From IMG/VR virus record IMGVR_UViG_3300042469_000981: DNA of 64,000 bases, one strand, 5' to 3'. The stretch comes from a virus. The notes under the pieces are model-generated. The model was given only the letters and a program-made list of their open reading frames with translations. It did not search any database and was not told where the DNA came from. Positions 44,317 to 53,346 of this stretch are shown here, in pieces; position 1 is the stretch's first letter, and every line of letters starts with the position of its first letter. A program made the translations under genes and the position numbers.

Positions 44317-46176
44317 TTAGAATACTAATTCAGGATTGTCACTAATAGGAGCATTTCCTGTAAAGTTAGTTGGACCGCCAGTAGGCTCAGGTGTTTTAAT
44401 TGTTTTTATAGGATAATCATTACCACTACTATTAGCTAAAGATATAAATTGTTGGTCACCATAAGCATTAGCAAATCCTACAGAATTATCAGTGCTGAAA
44501 TCTTCAGTTGCTCTATTTGAAAAAGTTAATGATTGTTTAGATGGAATAAAGTTTTGAATAGGTATAAAGTTAAAAGATGAAACTCGTATAATATGAGGCA
44601 TTTGTTTAACACTATCATCTACACCTCCATTTGTATCAATTCCTATTTCCCATGGTGAATCATCCTGAATATCATAAGTTAAACTAGTTATAATGCCGGG
44701 TTGTTCATAAACATATCCTCCAACAGTTAATTGGACTATATTTCCTCTCATATACCCCTGAGGACTATAATCAGGAGCAGTTGTTGAAGCTAAATAGTTT
44801 AATTTTTTATACATGGGTATAAGCTCTTGTTTTGATTGAGCTGCTACTGTCCAAGATAATGTAATAGTTCTAGTAAACCCATTGTAGGTGTAAAAATTTT
44901 CTCCTCTTCCTAAATATCTAAACGGTGACCATTCTGCTTGGTATGAATCAGACATCCCACCTAAAAATGCTCTAAAGTGTAAAAAAGTTTTAAACGTTGG
45001 TTCATTATTATCAATAACCGCTATTCTAAAATTAACTAAATCATCTAAATTAGAATCTGTACTTGCTTCTTGACTTCGATAAATAGGAACAGAATTAATT
45101 TTATCTAATCCAGGTTGAAAAGATCCAAGATTGGTTGCTCCGGGTGATGTAATACTTACTCCAGTGTATGATAAACCATCAGTATAATTAGCATAGCTTT
45201 TACCGGATCGTCGACCTGGTTGGCCTAAGTTAGTTCTTAGGTCATAATTTTGGGTTTGATAATCAGGAGCTAAAGGAGTGGCTCCACTTTCTGTAGATGT
45301 TCTACCATTTTGTTTTAAATCTCCTATTTGATTTCTTAAAATTTTTCTAAAATCTTGAATTTCTGGAGATGATTTGCTGCCGTTAGGTGTACTTAAAGAA
45401 TTAGGTTGGGGTCCAGTTTGTAAAAGAGGAAAAGGAACAGTTGAAGGAGCAAAAGGTTTACTAATTAATGTAGAATTATAAACCCAAGTATCATTATTAA
45501 AATAGGAATTTTTACTAGGTTGAGATAAAAAGGTTTTAGATGTTTTAGAATATCTTATGTTTGTATTTCCTATTCCTAAATTTGAACCTGGTCCTCCAGT
45601 GTAAGTCATTACATCTGGTCCATTATTAAGGATTATATTATTATTGGTTTTTGATGATTGTAAGATATTAGCATCTAATAAATTAATTAATCTATTAGTA
45701 TTTGTTTTTGGATTTGCTACTGTTGGAGTTACTCTAACATCATATAAATTTTCATTGTTAGCAAAAGCACCAGTTCCAGCAGACGGATTTCTACCTTGTT
45801 TATTTAAATGTCCACCAAAAGCAACAACACCTGTTTGTGCTAATGTATTTAGCGGTGAATAAGCACCTTCATTTAATATACTGCTTGTTTGTGTACGAAC
45901 AGCAGTACGAGATAATAATTGTTGTTTAGCTGTAAATAAGATACCGTTTGGTGATTTGGTATCTCTAAACATTTTAGTTAAACGTTCAACATCCGCGGCT
46001 GTATCTCTAACAGCATTAATACCACCTCTTAATAAGAAATCAGTTGTACCTATATAAGGACCAATCCTATCAGGAATGGGAGTGGTAATATATGGTTGCC
46101 CACTATTACCTCCATTGACCCTGTCATTCCCATACCGTAGGGACTTAAGATCCGTTTTTAGGTTTATTAATCCCAT
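44317..46176 (-). CDS. baseplate / tail-tube-initiator-like protein
   Basis: C-terminal FRAFLGGMSDSYQAEW...GRGENFYTYNGFTRTITLSW resembles tube-fold initiators; lies between tape measure and LysM genes. Confidence 0.5.
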   Translation of the reverse strand: MGLINLKTDLKSLRYGNDRVNGGNSGQPYITTPIPDRIGPYIGTTDFLLRGGINAVRDTAADVERLTKMFRDTKSPNGILFTAKQQLLSRTAVRTQTSSILNEGAYSPLNTLAQTGVVAFGGHLNKQGRNPSAGTGAFANNENLYDVRVTPTVANPKTNTNRLINLLDANILQSSKTNNNIILNNGPDVMTYTGGPGSNLGIGNTNIRYSKTSKTFLSQPSKNSYFNNDTWVYNSTLISKPFAPSTVPFPLLQTGPQPNSLSTPNGSKSSPEIQDFRKILRNQIGDLKQNGRTSTESGATPLAPDYQTQNYDLRTNLGQPGRRSGKSYANYTDGLSYTGVSITSPGATNLGSFQPGLDKINSVPIYRSQEASTDSNLDDLVNFRIAVIDNNEPTFKTFLHFRAFLGGMSDSYQAEWSPFRYLGRGENFYTYNGFTRTITLSWTVAAQSKQELIPMYKKLNYLASTTAPDYSPQGYMRGNIVQLTVGGYVYEQPGIITSLTYDIQDDSPWEIGIDTNGGVDDSVKQMPHIIRVSSFNFIPIQNFIPSKQSLTFSNRATEDFSTDNSVGFANAYGDQQFISLANSSGNDYPIKTIKTPEPTGGPTNFTGNAPISDNPELVF

Positions 46177-46421
46177 TAACGAGGAGGATTATCTAAATAT
46201 TTGTTAGGGGTTCTACCGTCTAAATCTAATTGAGATTTAGCTAAACTTTCTTGATATTTAGAGGATCTATCATAAGCTAAAGGTTTTTTACCATCTAAAT
46301 CTAATTGAGATGCAGCTAAACCTTTTGGGTAATTAGAAGCCCCACTAAATTTTTCAGGAGTACCTCCGTCTAAATTTGTTAGGTTTGATCCTTGAGTTTG
46401 TAGTTTGTTTAAGAGATCCAT
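46176..46421 (-). CDS. small protein with three 25-aa repeats
   Basis: NLDGGTP, DLDGKKP, DLDGRTP; DNA period exactly 75 nt (46219, 46294, 46369). Confidence 0.75.
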   Translation of the reverse strand: MDLLNKLQTQGSNLTNLDGGTPEKFSGASNYPKGLAASQLDLDGKKPLAYDRSSKYQESLAKSQLDLDGRTPNKYLDNPPR

Positions 46422-46442
46422 AGTTTTATTTTATTATACATA

Positions 46443-48812
46443 TTAACTTGTAACACCTTCATTTAAAGCATAAGTACCCATAGATGTTGCTGTGTTTAAT
46501 TCTGTTGTTCCTAAGTATATTTTAGGCATTGATTGTTTTGAAGATATAGCTATAAGCTCTTTAAGTAGGGTAACCATTTCATCTGTTCTGCCTAATTTAG
46601 TACCACCAGCTCCTACTACTGTGTCTTCAGGAAGAGATTTAATAACATAATCTTTAACAGGAATAACACCTTCCTTAATAGCTTGTTTATCAATAATATC
46701 TCCCAGAAAACCACTCATTGCAAAATTACCACCTGAAAGAGCAGTGTTTATAGCTGTTCTTTTTTCGGTTGGTTTATAATTTTTATTATAATTTTCATCA
46801 GCTGCTTTTTTTCTTTTAAAATAATTTTCTGCTTCTTCTAATTTAGTTAATTCTTGAGGAGATAAATCCGCTTTTTTAACACCTTCTGTTTTTACTCTTT
46901 CATTGAACATTGCTATAGTTTGTTTAGCTTCTTGTTCTTTTCTTTTTTCTAGAGCTTTTGAAAATCGTTCAGGTAGTGAAAAAATAGACCCACCTTCAGA
47001 TAAAGCATCTGCTAAAGCTTTTAAAGCAGTTATTAATTTATCTAAAGTACCACCAGTGACTAAATCAGTAAATACTTCTTTAGCTTGATCTAAAGCTAAA
47101 TTAAATTTTTCTTGAGCATCTAATCGTGTATTAGCAGCTTTAATATCATCTTGCGTTAGTTTACCTTCAGCTAATTTTTGGGCTAGTCTTTCTTGTCCTG
47201 CTTCTATAAACCTATCATATTGTTCTTTTTGATTTTGTTCTATTAATTTTTCTTGTATAAGAACATCAGCTAATTCATCACCAGTCATACCAACAGCTTT
47301 AGCTAAAGCTCTTTGTTGTATAGGTAATAACTTTTGAAATTCAGCTAATCCACCTACATTTTCAAGAGCGGCTTTAGTAGCACCTACATAATCTCCTTGT
47401 AAAGCTAAAGCTCTAGCTCTATCTAAATTTAAATCCTTGCCAGTTAATAATTCTGCTTCTAATTCAGCTGAAATTGATTCTTCAAAATTAAGTAATGAAT
47501 CTGTTACTCCTTTAGTTTTTTCTAAAGAAGTGCCTAATTTATTAGCTTCTAATGTTGCTTGAAATAATGCTTTAGAACTTCCTTTAAAAGATACTAATAA
47601 TTGACCACTAACTTTTGAAGCTTGACTTAATATTTTTTGAGCACTAAATAAATATTTATTTTGATTAGCATATTGAGCTACTGTGTTATAAGCAGTATCT
47701 AAAGCATCTGTGTTTTTCTCATTATTTACTTCAAAAATTTTATTTAAACTAGTAGCTTCATCAACTGATAATTTTAGTTCTTTGGTTAAAATAATTTGAG
47801 CATCTATTGCTTCTTTAGAATAAAAACTAGATAAAGCAGATAATTCTGAAAGTTCAGCTTGGGCTTGGTATATTTCTTTAGTAAGTTTAAATTGGGTTTC
47901 AAGGCTACTTTTTATAGACTTAAAATAAGTATCAACACCTTGAGCTTCTTCTTTAGTTATTTGAAGATTTCTTGATAAAGAAGTAATTCGTTTATCAGCA
48001 TCAAACATAACCCCAACAAGCATTTGAATTGCTTTAGCTATTCCTGCTATAATTGCTAATGGACCTAATCCACTAAAAGCAGACGATAATCCTTTCCCTA
48101 ATATTTCAAAACTACCTTTACCTTGTTTAGCAAGGTCTCTCATATCTTCTTTAGCATCATCAATGTTTAATATATCTCCTAAAATAGGAATTTTCTTTAA
48201 ACCATCTAATGCTTTACCAGCTAAACCAATTTGTTTTTCAATCTTTTTTTCTTCAATTAATCTTTCTTTAGTTTTATTATTTATCCTATCAATAATTCCA
48301 AATTGATCTAAATAACCTCTTAAAATAGCTGCTTCTTCTTCAGATAAATCTTGAGTATTTTTTATTGCTTCTTCTGTTAAATCAGTAATTTTATATTTTA
48401 TTTGGATTGATTTAGCAGCATCTACTAATTCTTCTTTATTGATTTTAAGTTTTTTCTGAAGTCTTTCAAGATCTTTTTTAGATAATTCACTTAATCCTTT
48501 TTCATCATACTTTAATCTGTTTGTAATATCAGCTATATTTTTAAAGGCTTTATTTGCTTTACTAGTAGTTGAACCCCAGTTACCCATTTCTTTTACAATA
48601 CCTTCAAGTTCACCCTGTAAGTTTCCAAAAGTATTATCTAATTTAGCTGCTTCATCTTTAAGATCTTTTACAGCTCTACCTATTACTCTAATTTGTGACT
48701 CAACTTGTTTTAAATTAGATGTATCAATATTAAATTCATACTTAGTTTTACTAAGTTTTTCATACTCAGCTATTAACTTTTCTAATTGTTTTATCTTTTT
48801 GTCGTCAGTCAT
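46443..48812 (-). CDS. tail tape measure protein
   Basis: Long helical Ala/Leu/Lys/Glu-rich protein with a hydrophobic segment, directly after the tail chaperones. Confidence 0.8.
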   Translation of the reverse strand: MTDDKKIKQLEKLIAEYEKLSKTKYEFNIDTSNLKQVESQIRVIGRAVKDLKDEAAKLDNTFGNLQGELEGIVKEMGNWGSTTSKANKAFKNIADITNRLKYDEKGLSELSKKDLERLQKKLKINKEELVDAAKSIQIKYKITDLTEEAIKNTQDLSEEEAAILRGYLDQFGIIDRINNKTKERLIEEKKIEKQIGLAGKALDGLKKIPILGDILNIDDAKEDMRDLAKQGKGSFEILGKGLSSAFSGLGPLAIIAGIAKAIQMLVGVMFDADKRITSLSRNLQITKEEAQGVDTYFKSIKSSLETQFKLTKEIYQAQAELSELSALSSFYSKEAIDAQIILTKELKLSVDEATSLNKIFEVNNEKNTDALDTAYNTVAQYANQNKYLFSAQKILSQASKVSGQLLVSFKGSSKALFQATLEANKLGTSLEKTKGVTDSLLNFEESISAELEAELLTGKDLNLDRARALALQGDYVGATKAALENVGGLAEFQKLLPIQQRALAKAVGMTGDELADVLIQEKLIEQNQKEQYDRFIEAGQERLAQKLAEGKLTQDDIKAANTRLDAQEKFNLALDQAKEVFTDLVTGGTLDKLITALKALADALSEGGSIFSLPERFSKALEKRKEQEAKQTIAMFNERVKTEGVKKADLSPQELTKLEEAENYFKRKKAADENYNKNYKPTEKRTAINTALSGGNFAMSGFLGDIIDKQAIKEGVIPVKDYVIKSLPEDTVVGAGGTKLGRTDEMVTLLKELIAISSKQSMPKIYLGTTELNTATSMGTYALNEGVTS

Positions 48813-48826
48813 TTAAAATAGTTTAT

Positions 48827-48834
48827 TATAAATA
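48827..48834 (-). promoter_or_regulatory. late-type motif TATTTATA
   Basis: 14 nt upstream of the tape measure ATG. Confidence 0.5.
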
Positions 48835-48844
48835 TGAAAAGGCA

Positions 48845-49130
48845 TCATTTTTTAGATGCCTTTGTTACATATGTAGGTACTTGTACTTGTTTATTTTTAG
48901 ATGCTTCTTCTTTTACACTACCTTGAGTCCAACTATCTTCATTTTTAGTATTAGTTGATTGGTGATAATATTCTTTTAATCTATTAAATGTATAATTACG
49001 TAACCAAATGGGCATGTTATAAATAACATCATAACTATAGCCACCTTGACCATGGAATACTATTTCATGAATTTGATTAAAAATAGTTAATCTAAATTCA
49101 GCAGTATTGTTAAATGTCAGGCCAAAAAAA
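48845..49130 (-). CDS. tail assembly chaperone C-terminal extension, probably reached by frameshift
   Basis: Open in the +1 frame through the T7 run of the upstream gene; no in-frame ATG between that point and NMPIWL. Confidence 0.55.
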
Positions 49131-49841
49131 GTTAAGATTAATAGGAATGTCGATGTCCTCCTCAACACCATCAATCATTACTTTAGCTATTAAATCAACA
49201 TCAGGAGATATCATTTTTATATATGCTCTTAAGGCACGTGAGTCTGAGGCTAGTAAATAATTATCAACAAAATCTTTAATAGCTGTTTTATCCTCACTAC
49301 CATCAACAGAAATAATTTGGTATTTTAATCTTGTTGTAACATCTGTTGAAGATTCTCTATTAATCTTTTTTAAACCTTCAATTTCTTGTTTAATTTTTTC
49401 CTCGTCTTTTTCATTTAAAAGTTTAAACTCTAACTTAGTTCCTGATGTAGGGAGAGTAAATGTAAAAGTGCCTTTACTAGATACTAAGGAATCATTAAAT
49501 AATTTATTTTCTAAAGTAGATAAATCAACAGTATGTTCTTTTCCACCATAAGTAAATGAATATTCTTTACCATAACCTAAAACACGAGAAGCTACTAAGA
49601 TAGCATTTTTATCACCAGTGATTAGGTCTTTAATATCAAATTTACCTAGTGTTAGTGATTCTAATAATTTATCTAACACAATACCTTTTGAAATAAAGTT
49701 TTGGTTTGATAAAATATCTTCTTCTTTTGCGGTCATGTACTTCATTTCTACTTTACCGCTTCTTAAAATGTGGCCTTCCGGGTAAACTAATCCTTTGGAG
49801 GGCAATTCTACAACTTCTGTTGGAAACTTAAATTCGCTCAT
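49110..49841 (-). CDS. tail assembly chaperone / T4 gp26-like baseplate hub assembly protein
   Basis: VELPSKG, MKYMTAKEEDIL, GDKNAILVASRVLGYG; between tube and tape measure genes. Confidence 0.75.
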   Translation of the reverse strand: MSEFKFPTEVVELPSKGLVYPEGHILRSGKVEMKYMTAKEEDILSNQNFISKGIVLDKLLESLTLGKFDIKDLITGDKNAILVASRVLGYGKEYSFTYGGKEHTVDLSTLENKLFNDSLVSSKGTFTFTLPTSGTKLEFKLLNEKDEEKIKQEIEGLKKINRESSTDVTTRLKYQIISVDGSEDKTAIKDFVDNYLLASDSRALRAYIKMISPDVDLIAKVMIDGVEEDIDIPINLNFFWPDI

Positions 49842-49854
49842 AAACTTATTTTGT

Positions 49855-49862
49855 TATAAATA
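49855..49862 (-). promoter_or_regulatory. late-type motif TATTTATA
   Basis: 13 nt upstream of the ATG, immediately after a terminator. Confidence 0.55.
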
Positions 49863-49867
49863 TTAAT

Positions 49868-49898
49868 AAAAAAAAGAAGCTCGCAAAAAATGCGAGCT
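49868..49898 (-). terminator. intrinsic terminator after the tail tube gene
   Basis: 8-bp stem AGCTCGCA/TGCGAGCT followed by a T8 run on the minus strand. Confidence 0.8.
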
Positions 49899-49922
49899 CT
49901 TTTAATCTTATTTTTACTATTA

Positions 49923-50411
49923 TTAGAAATTTAACACACAGTAATCAGGTTGAACAGTCATTGTAATGTTAACAGCAGTATCAACAGTATCCCAACTGTA
50001 ATCACCGAAGTTAGCATCTGTGATTAAAGCACCTTTAATAATCCATTCTGATACGATATCGCCTACAGGTCCTAATACATCGAAAGTTAAGTCTTTCTTG
50101 TAGAAATCACTATAACCATCACGACCAGTTACTGATTCGTGGTGTAAACGTACCCATTCCATTACAGCCTGAGCTCCTGAAGGAGTAATAGGATCGAATA
50201 ATGTAAATTGGATAGTACCCCAAGTGGTTTTACCTTTTACAAAGCGTTGAACGTTTATATGGTTTAAAGGAACAGTACCTTGAGTTAATGTGACTGCACC
50301 AACACCTTTAATCTCATACGCTGGTATACCGTCAATATACATAATGAATCGGTTTGCCTGTTTGGGTTCAAAGGCTGTGAAAAATATTTCGTTTGGATCT
50401 AATACTGCCAT
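49923..50411 (-). CDS. tail tube protein (T4 gp19-like)
   Basis: FEPKQANRF, WGTIQFTLFDPI, AVMEWV, YKKDLTFDVLGPVGDIVSEWIIKGA; directly after sheath. Confidence 0.88.
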   Translation of the reverse strand: MAVLDPNEIFFTAFEPKQANRFIMYIDGIPAYEIKGVGAVTLTQGTVPLNHINVQRFVKGKTTWGTIQFTLFDPITPSGAQAVMEWVRLHHESVTGRDGYSDFYKKDLTFDVLGPVGDIVSEWIIKGALITDANFGDYSWDTVDTAVNITMTVQPDYCVLNF

Positions 50412-50433
50412 TTTATTTATTTATTTGTTTTGT

Positions 50434-50441
50434 TATAAATA
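50434..50441 (-). promoter_or_regulatory. late-type motif TATTTATA
   Basis: Between sheath and tube genes. Confidence 0.5.
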
Positions 50442-50457
50442 TTCTGTTTTTAAAAAA

Positions 50458-52215
50458 TTACGCTGGGAAAGTTGCTCCAGTAGGTAAGATGTTGAAATCC
50501 AAGTAAATGAATTCAGCTGTCTTAGTCGGCTGTAAGTAAATTTGACCAACCAATTGGTTTCTATCAATTACATCAGGAGTGTTATTGCTATCATCCATTA
50601 CTACTTTAAAAGCATACAAACCTTGACGTTGTTGAACTGATTCCAAATATGGGTTAACTTGGTTCAAGAAACTAGTACGAGTAGCAATTGTGTTCTGTTC
50701 AAATACCAAGTTTTGAGCAACTTGAGAAATGTAAGATTTAAGAGCAATTAACAAACGACGAACGTTTACACGATCCAAAGCGCTAGCTTTAGTTTGTAAT
50801 GTTTTTTGTCCGTAAACTACAACTCCAGTTCCGGGGAAAGTAGCAATTGGGTTAACTTTATTTTGATATAAAGTGTCGCGTTGTGATTGAGTCAATTTCT
50901 TTTCAGCTCTTACCACTGTGCTTAAACCACCTCTGTTAATACCTGCAGGTGCAAACCAAGGCTCTGATACTGTATCATTGTAAGCATAAACACCACCAAC
51001 CATAGTTGAAGCTGGTACCCAAACCAATTGAGCAGAATCTGGATCAACTGTTTGAACCCAAGGCCAGTATGAAGCAGCGTATGAAGTATTTTTAGCGTTA
51101 GCAGCTGAGGTAGCATCATTAACACTTGAACTAAAAGGTACTAAATCAGTTACATAAATAGCATCTCCACGATTTTGAGTGTTACTAATGATTGATGTTA
51201 CTTGGGAAGCACCAATAGTAGCTGTATTAGCAAATAAACCAGGAGTTAACAATACATTGTATCTGTAGTCATCAGCATTAGCCATCAAACTAATCATATC
51301 ACTGTAATCGCTGCCTGTTAAACCTTGAGTGTTAGTTGAAGCAACATCAATGTTATTATAATAATCAGCGCCTGAACCGAATAAATCACCAACAGCACCT
51401 ATGAATGATCCACTTGCGTTAGCTGGAAGAGATCCGGTTAATGTTGATTTAGCTATACCGTTATTATCAAAATAGAATGGTGTAGGAGTTTTAACACTTT
51501 GTACATACACGTATCTTGAATTGTTAGGATAGTCTCCAGTGATTGAAATTTGGTTATCTACAGAATTGTAAGATTTTACTTGGTTACCAATTATTCTAGA
51601 TACGAAATTAGGAGCGGTTGGGTCCATTGATAAGTTAGTCCAACTTTCTAATACAGTAATGTTATTTGTAGTGTCATCACCTTGACGAATAAACAAACTA
51701 AAAGTACCGTTAGCGGTATCTTGGTTTGCAATTTGCCATCTGATATTATCAGCTGAACCTGAAGCTGTTAATGATCCACTAGCATCTAATGAGCAAGAAC
51801 TGTTCATTAATTTACCTTGTGAAATAGTATTTAATACTAAAGCTTCAGCTGCTGAGGCTGAGTTTAAAATAGATACTCCACCACCTGATCCACCAGTTAC
51901 TGAACCTGTAGCGGTTGTAGCTGAAGTGAATGAACCACTCACTACTCGTGATACCAACAATGTCTCTCCACCGTTATTAAAATAGTTGAAAGCAGCAATT
52001 GAGGTGAAATAAGTGTAAACTTGGCTAGCACTTAAAAAAGTAGTACCAAATTTATTCTGATAATCACTGTATGAAGTAACGATTGTAGGAATTTCTACAG
52101 GGCCTTTAACAGTAGGACCAATAAGAGCGGCTCCTACAGTTACTGGCTGTTGGGTGATAAATGACTGATCGTTTTCAAGTGCGAGTACGCCAGGGGATAT
52201 TAAAGTTTCTGCCAT
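50458..52215 (-). CDS. contractile tail sheath protein
   Basis: ISPGVLALEND, LIGPTVKGP, WFAPAGINRG, LYQNKVNPI, GQKTLQ, DRVNVRRLL, FEQN, PTKTAEFI. Confidence 0.96.
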   Translation of the reverse strand: MAETLISPGVLALENDQSFITQQPVTVGAALIGPTVKGPVEIPTIVTSYSDYQNKFGTTFLSASQVYTYFTSIAAFNYFNNGGETLLVSRVVSGSFTSATTATGSVTGGSGGGVSILNSASAAEALVLNTISQGKLMNSSCSLDASGSLTASGSADNIRWQIANQDTANGTFSLFIRQGDDTTNNITVLESWTNLSMDPTAPNFVSRIIGNQVKSYNSVDNQISITGDYPNNSRYVYVQSVKTPTPFYFDNNGIAKSTLTGSLPANASGSFIGAVGDLFGSGADYYNNIDVASTNTQGLTGSDYSDMISLMANADDYRYNVLLTPGLFANTATIGASQVTSIISNTQNRGDAIYVTDLVPFSSSVNDATSAANAKNTSYAASYWPWVQTVDPDSAQLVWVPASTMVGGVYAYNDTVSEPWFAPAGINRGGLSTVVRAEKKLTQSQRDTLYQNKVNPIATFPGTGVVVYGQKTLQTKASALDRVNVRRLLIALKSYISQVAQNLVFEQNTIATRTSFLNQVNPYLESVQQRQGLYAFKVVMDDSNNTPDVIDRNQLVGQIYLQPTKTAEFIYLDFNILPTGATFPA

Positions 52216-52244
52216 GTTTTAAAAATTAATGATTTTTATTCTAT

Positions 52245-52252
52245 GATAAATA
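52245..52252 (-). promoter_or_regulatory. late-type motif variant TATTTATC
   Basis: Upstream of the sheath gene, inside the inverted repeat CTATGATA-AA-TATCATAG. Confidence 0.4.
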
Positions 52253-52270
52253 TCATAGAAAAAATCAAAA

Positions 52271-52522
52271 TTAACCCACTACAGTAATTTCTCCCTTGTC
52301 CAAATCTATACTTCCGTTACCGTACTTAGATTGAAGAGTATTGTTTAATGTAGCTTCTGAGTTCATAACTTCTACTAAAAGATTAGTTAATGTTTCTTTT
52401 TGTAAAGTTAATTCTTGGATTCTTATTTCAATAAAACCAAAATCAGCCATTAACTGTTCTCTTTTCACTTTTAAATCCTTAATTGCTTGGATTTCTTCTT
52501 GTTCTAAAACTTTTGTTTCCAT
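52271..52522 (-). CDS. small coiled-coil protein
   Basis: Heptad-rich helix then KYGNGSIDLDKGEI. Confidence 0.7.
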   Translation of the reverse strand: METKVLEQEEIQAIKDLKVKREQLMADFGFIEIRIQELTLQKETLTNLLVEVMNSEATLNNTLQSKYGNGSIDLDKGEITVVG

Positions 52523-52532
52523 ATGTTATTTT

Positions 52533-53309
52533 TTAAATATAAGTTCCAATAAATGTAAAATCAACACCACCAGGAGCAGCACTTTCAAAAGTAATTGATG
52601 TATTATTACTTGTAAGAGCGGTCACCACTTGATTAGATTGAGATACTGCTAATCCTAAAAATAAATTTTGATTTAATGTTTTGCCAGTTAAATCAACTGG
52701 GCTTACAGTTACTACAGCCTGATATGGAGGGGTTGTTGATGTTTTACCAGCTCCAGCAAACATTTTTAATATACCAGCTACTGCTACTACTGAACCACTA
52801 GGTACATAATAACTTGTATTACCTAAAGTTGAAGTAGATGTATCTGAAGTAGCAGCTGATACAGCATTAGAGGCTGAAACAGCATAAGAAGCAGTTCCTG
52901 CTACACTACCAGATAATGAACCTGTAATAGAGGTAAATTTACCTACTGAGCCTGAAACTGTCATTCCGCCTAGTCCACCTAGCACATTAAGAGAAGGATT
53001 GTAGTAAGGACCGTTAGTACCATCCGCTGCTAATTGATAATAATCATCTAAAGCAGCTGTTGAGTTTTTAAATACTAATGTATATTCATTGTTTGTAGAA
53101 GCATTACTAGCTACAAATATTTTACTAGAAGAAACAGCATTAGTAAAAAAACCACTACCTGTAGTCGCTCCAGAGAATGCAAATGAACCAGATAATGTTA
53201 TGGCGTATCCCTCAGTACCAGTAAATGCGTCAACTGATTGAGTTACTTGTCCGGGTAATATAACATTACCGTTAGATATACCTGATGTAGAGAGGGTTTT
53301 TAATGCCAT
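52533..53309 (-). CDS. Ser/Thr/Gly-rich virion structural protein, fibre-associated
   Basis: Beta-rich low-charge composition within the structural region. Confidence 0.55.
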   Translation of the reverse strand: MALKTLSTSGISNGNVILPGQVTQSVDAFTGTEGYAITLSGSFAFSGATTGSGFFTNAVSSSKIFVASNASTNNEYTLVFKNSTAALDDYYQLAADGTNGPYYNPSLNVLGGLGGMTVSGSVGKFTSITGSLSGSVAGTASYAVSASNAVSAATSDTSTSTLGNTSYYVPSGSVVAVAGILKMFAGAGKTSTTPPYQAVVTVSPVDLTGKTLNQNLFLGLAVSQSNQVVTALTSNNTSITFESAAPGGVDFTFIGTYI

Positions 53310-53346
53310 ATGTTAATAAATATATGTTTTTTAGTTAAGTTTTAAA

